This document shows positions 60,635 through 64,000 of a stretch of 64,000 bases of DNA, in pieces; position 1 is the first letter of the stretch; every line of letters starts with the position of its first letter. The stretch comes from Oscillatoriales cyanobacterium (lineage in GTDB: Bacteria > Cyanobacteriota > Cyanobacteriia > Cyanobacteriales > Microcoleaceae). Made by a program: the position numbers and the translations under genes. Below the pieces are notes generated by a model, which was not told where the DNA came from, did no database searches, and saw only the letters and a program-made list of their open reading frames with translations. The stretch lies in the NCBI GenBank assembly GCA_004292955.1, contig RDXX01000023.1, forward strand, positions 7,673 to 71,672, given 5' to 3'.

Positions 60635-60679
60635 AACTGTCAACTGTCAACTGTCAACTGTCAACTGTCAACTGTCAAC
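60635..60679. repeat. Heptamer array (AACTGTC)n upstream of dapF
   Basis: About 6 units. Confidence 0.9.
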
Positions 60680-60693
60680 AGAGGTTTGTTTTT

Positions 60694-61572
60694 ATGTCGA
60701 TCGAGTTTGCGAAGTATCACGGACTGGGCAATGATTTTATTCTGATTGACAACCGCCACTCCTCAGAACCAGTTTTAACACCAGAACAAGCTGTGTCCAT
60801 GTGCGATCGACATTTTGGGATCGGCGCAGACGGCGTGATTTTTGCTCTTCCGGGTCAAAACGGCACTGACTATACGATGCGGATTTTTAACTCCGACGGT
60901 TCGGAACCGGAAATGTGCGGCAACGGGATTCGCTGTTTGGCTAAGTTTATCGCCGATTTGGAAGCAGCGGAAATTCACCCCCCCCAGCCCCCCCTTGCTA
61001 AGGGGGGGAGTAAATCTAAGACTGAGTATCGCATCCACACTCTGGCGGGTGTGATTAGCCCCGAATTGCGATCGGACGGTCAGGTTAAGGTGGATATGGG
61101 ACTTCCCCGGTTGCTGGCTGCGGAAATTCCGACAACTTTGGCTGCACCAGATGCCAAAGTGATAGATGTGCCGATCGAAGTTGCTGATAAATCTTGGTCT
61201 GTTACCTGTGTCAGCATGGGAAATCCTCACTGCATTACGTTTGTAGAAGATGTTTCGGCTGTGGCTTTGGAAACTCTCGGCCCTCAATTTGAACACCACC
61301 CAGCCTTCCCGCAGCGTATAAATACCGAATTTATTCAAGTGATACGACGGGACTACGTAAAAATGCGGGTGTGGGAAAGGGGCGCAGGTGTTACTCTAGC
61401 TTGTGGGACTGGTGCTTGTGCTGCTGTGGTGGCTGGGGTGTTGGTCGGAAAGTGCGATCGGACAACTGCTGTTGAACTCCCCGGTGGCGTTTTGGAAATC
61501 GAATGGGCAGAAGTTTCTGGGCGGATTTACATGACTGGGCCAGCACAGCGAGTATTTACTGGTTGTCAGTAG
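60694..61572 (+). CDS. dapF: Diaminopimelate epimerase
   Basis: [32 protein letters not shown]. Confidence 0.98.
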   Translation: MSIEFAKYHGLGNDFILIDNRHSSEPVLTPEQAVSMCDRHFGIGADGVIFALPGQNGTDYTMRIFNSDGSEPEMCGNGIRCLAKFIADLEAAEIHPPQPPLAKGGSKSKTEYRIHTLAGVISPELRSDGQVKVDMGLPRLLAAEIPTTLAAPDAKVIDVPIEVADKSWSVTCVSMGNPHCITFVEDVSAVALETLGPQFEHHPAFPQRINTEFIQVIRRDYVKMRVWERGAGVTLACGTGACAAVVAGVLVGKCDRTTAVELPGGVLEIEWAEVSGRIYMTGPAQRVFTGCQ

Positions 61573-61686
61573 TCAGTTGACAGTTGTCAGTTGACAGTTG
61601 TCAGTTGACAGTTGACAGTTGACAGTTGACAGTTGACAGTTGACAGTTGACAGTTGACAGTTGACAGTTGACAGTTGACAGTTGTC
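61573..61686. repeat. Heptamer array (GACAGTT/GTCAGTT)n downstream of dapF
   Basis: About 16 units; reverse complement of the upstream array. Confidence 0.9.
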
Positions 61687-61816
61687 ATTGGTCATTGCTC
61701 AAAAGGAGTTTTTTGTGGAATTAACAAACAAGAAAAATTCTTAAATTCCAAATTTTTCTTTAATTCTTTAATTATCAAGAATGCTCAATGACTAATGCCT
61801 TGCGCCTTGTGAAGTC

Positions 61817-61942
61817 ATATCAAATCCGGTAGCATCGGAATAATATATTTGAATGATGGAGCGTGCGAGCGTCTCACTCGGGAACCAATCGTTCGCTATG
61901 GACGCTTGCACTACATAATTCCGATGCAACCGAAAACGATAT
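61817..61942. mobile_element. MITE, degenerate relative of 60027-60148
   Basis: First 34 bp identical to the 60027 element; matching right TIR. Confidence 0.75.
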
Positions 61943-62056
61943 CATAGGCTGAAGACTAATGACTAATGACAACTGTCAACTGTCAACTGTCAACTGTCAA
62001 CTATCAACTGACTAAGCCTGAATTCTCAAATCTAAAATCTAAAATTAAGTAGGTGG

Positions 62057-63205
62057 ATGTGCATGGCTGGAGGTATTTATCTGATTCAGGACGACGACAG
62101 GCTGGTAGAAATGATGGAACAGCCCTACGACTCGGAAGACCAGTTACAAGACTTGCTTGTAACTTATCCTAATCTGATTGCCGGAGATCAAATCGATCGG
62201 GCGACGGCGCGGAAGTGGCTGTTAATTTCACGGGAATCAGTGCCCACCGATGAGGAAACTGCCGTCCAATGGTCGCTGGATCATTTGTTTCTCGACCAAA
62301 ATGCAGTTCCTACTTTGGTGGATGTCAGGCGCACTCCTAATGCTGCACTCCGGCAAAAAGTTTTAGGTCAGTCGATCGACTATGCTGCTAATGCGTTGGT
62401 TTACTGGCCAATAGATTCAATTATTGCTCTGTTTGAAGCCAATTGTCGCGATCGGGGTCGCGATCCCGAACAGATTTTTGAAGAGTTTCTCGGTGCGGAT
62501 GCTAATGAAGACCTATTTTGGCAGAAAGTTAAAACTAATTTGCAAGCCGGTAAAATTCGCTTAGTATTTGTAGCAGACGAGATTTCCGCTGAAATGCGCC
62601 GAGTTGTGGAATTTCTCAACGAACAAATGGACCCGGTTGAAGTTTTGGCCCTGGAAATTAAGCAATATGTAAGTGAAGACGGTTTGAGAACCTTGGTTCC
62701 CAGAGTGATCGGTCAGACAGCCGAAGCACAGCATAAAAAATCCAACGCAATGCGCGAAAGAAGGCGCTGGGATGAATCGTCATTTTTTGCGGAAATCAAA
62801 GCCAGACAAGGCGCGGACGAGGCGCAAATGGCAAGAGCTATATACCTTTGGGCAAAAAGTCAAGAACCCGAAATTCAAATCCATTGGGGAACGGGGGACA
62901 CCTACGGCGGTTTCGCCGCCGGGTTGCATCACAGAGGCAGAAAACCATATCAGTTATTCACTGTAGATATTGCTGGCAGAATGGAGATTTCTGCTGACAA
63001 TTACGGTTCCCAACCGCCATTTAATGCAGAAAAAAATTGGCTGGAATTGAGAAATAAGCTAAGTTCGATCGGTCTTTCGCTACCTACAGAACCGGGCGAG
63101 AGAAGGTCGCCGAGTCTGGCTTTATCTACTTTGGAAGACGAATTTGCCCTCCAGCAAGTTATGGAAACGTTCAACTGGGCGATCGAGCAAATTAAAACGT
63201 TATAG
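62057..63205 (+). CDS. Hypothetical protein with NucS-like PD-(D/E)XK endonuclease fold
   Basis: EDQLQDLL...[16 protein letters not shown]...GQSIDYAA...RLVFVAD. Confidence 0.6.
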   Translation: MCMAGGIYLIQDDDRLVEMMEQPYDSEDQLQDLLVTYPNLIAGDQIDRATARKWLLISRESVPTDEETAVQWSLDHLFLDQNAVPTLVDVRRTPNAALRQKVLGQSIDYAANALVYWPIDSIIALFEANCRDRGRDPEQIFEEFLGADANEDLFWQKVKTNLQAGKIRLVFVADEISAEMRRVVEFLNEQMDPVEVLALEIKQYVSEDGLRTLVPRVIGQTAEAQHKKSNAMRERRRWDESSFFAEIKARQGADEAQMARAIYLWAKSQEPEIQIHWGTGDTYGGFAAGLHHRGRKPYQLFTVDIAGRMEISADNYGSQPPFNAEKNWLELRNKLSSIGLSLPTEPGERRSPSLALSTLEDEFALQQVMETFNWAIEQIKTL

Positions 63206-63271
63206 TCATTGGGAATTGGGAATTGGGAATTGGGAATTGGGCATTGGGAATTGGGAATTGGGCATTTAAAT

Positions 63272-63342
63272 TAGACATCTCCAATAATTCTTGTGGAACA
63301 AGCATCCTGCCTGTTCAAAACTGGCTTTTCTGGAGATGTCTA
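63272..63342. mobile_element. 71-bp MITE-like element (TAGACATCTCCA / TGGAGATGTCTA)
   Basis: Perfect 12-bp inverted ends. Confidence 0.65.
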
Positions 63343-63463
63343 TTGCATATTCAGGGCAGGCGGGACACCCCACAAGATTTTGAGTCTTTTTTGATATACA
63401 ATTTAAATGCAGAGCAGCTTATCACCAACAACTAACCAATAACCAATAACCAGTAACCAGTAA

Positions 63464-64000
63464 TTAATAGCGAATGTTTGCTTGTTTCAAACGGCGCAAA
63501 GCTTCTCCCAGTCGATCGCAATCTGCAATCAAACTAACCCTCACATATCCTTCACCACCAGGCCCAAAAGCATTACCAGGAGTCACAACAACACCCGTTT
63601 GCTGCAAAACATTCAGGGCAAAATCTGTCGAACTCATGCCCTGAGTGCAAGGAACCCAAAGATACATTGCAGCCAGAGGTTTAGGAATATTCCACCCCAA
63701 TTCTGCCAATCCTGCAACCATAAAATCGCGGCGAGTGCGGTAGCGTTCCTGCACTTCGTGCAAGTAACTATCTGGTAATTGCAACGCTGTTTCTGCTGCT
63801 GCTTGCAAGGCAGAAAATATGCCGTAATCTAAGTTAGTTTTTAAAGTTCGCAAACCTTGAATGATCCGGCTGTTTCCAACTACAAAACCGACTCGCCAGC
63901 CGGCCATATTGTAGGTTTTTGACATGGTGTGAAATTCAACTCCGATTTCTTTGCCGCCGGGAATTTCTAATAAACTTGTCGGTTGATAGCCGTCAAAGGC
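63464..64000 (-). CDS. PLP-dependent class I/II aminotransferase (LL-diaminopimelate aminotransferase-like), 5' part outside the window
   Basis: EFHTMSKTYNMAGWRVG PLP-lysine motif; VTPGNAFG..GEGYVR. Confidence 0.9.
   Translation of the reverse strand, partial: AFDGYQPTSLLEIPGGKEIGVEFHTMSKTYNMAGWRVGFVVGNSRIIQGLRTLKTNLDYGIFSALQAAAETALQLPDSYLHEVQERYRTRRDFMVAGLAELGWNIPKPLAAMYLWVPCTQGMSSTDFALNVLQQTGVVVTPGNAFGPGGEGYVRVSLIADCDRLGEALRRLKQANIRY

Overview
Chromosomal window of a filamentous cyanobacterium, probably Oscillatoriales (Microcoleus/Tychonema-like). This is inferred from the abundant HIP1 octamer GCGATCGC, heptamer tandem repeats and cyanobacterial genes (psb29, cpcT, ndhS, ictB, cyanobacterial hfq). 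Housekeeping and physiology genes include a kdpA-B-G/F-C-D potassium pump cluster with a divergent kinase/NarL-type pair, rpmG, rpsR, an RNase II-family gene, smpB, hemF, mrp, dapF and an exosortase O/PEP-CTERM pair. Accessory content includes a 4.9 kb RTX surface-protein gene broken by three same-sense frameshifts, an Rpn-family gene, a decayed MNT gene fused to a RelE-type toxin-antitoxin pair, IS200/IS605 and IS607 relics, and many MITEs and GTAG-type REP-like hairpins. No CRISPR array, rRNA or tRNA was recognised. The most unusual signals are: (i) heptamer arrays whose orientation follows gene direction, so that some genes are bracketed by complementary arrays; (ii) an ORF-less IS605-type element that may express a stand-alone TnpB-type guide RNA; (iii) a membrane-anchored TPR protein coupled to a small secreted two-cysteine peptide; (iv) an unannotated rod-like RNA candidate near 45.5 kb. 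All calls are from visual motif recognition; no database searches were run.
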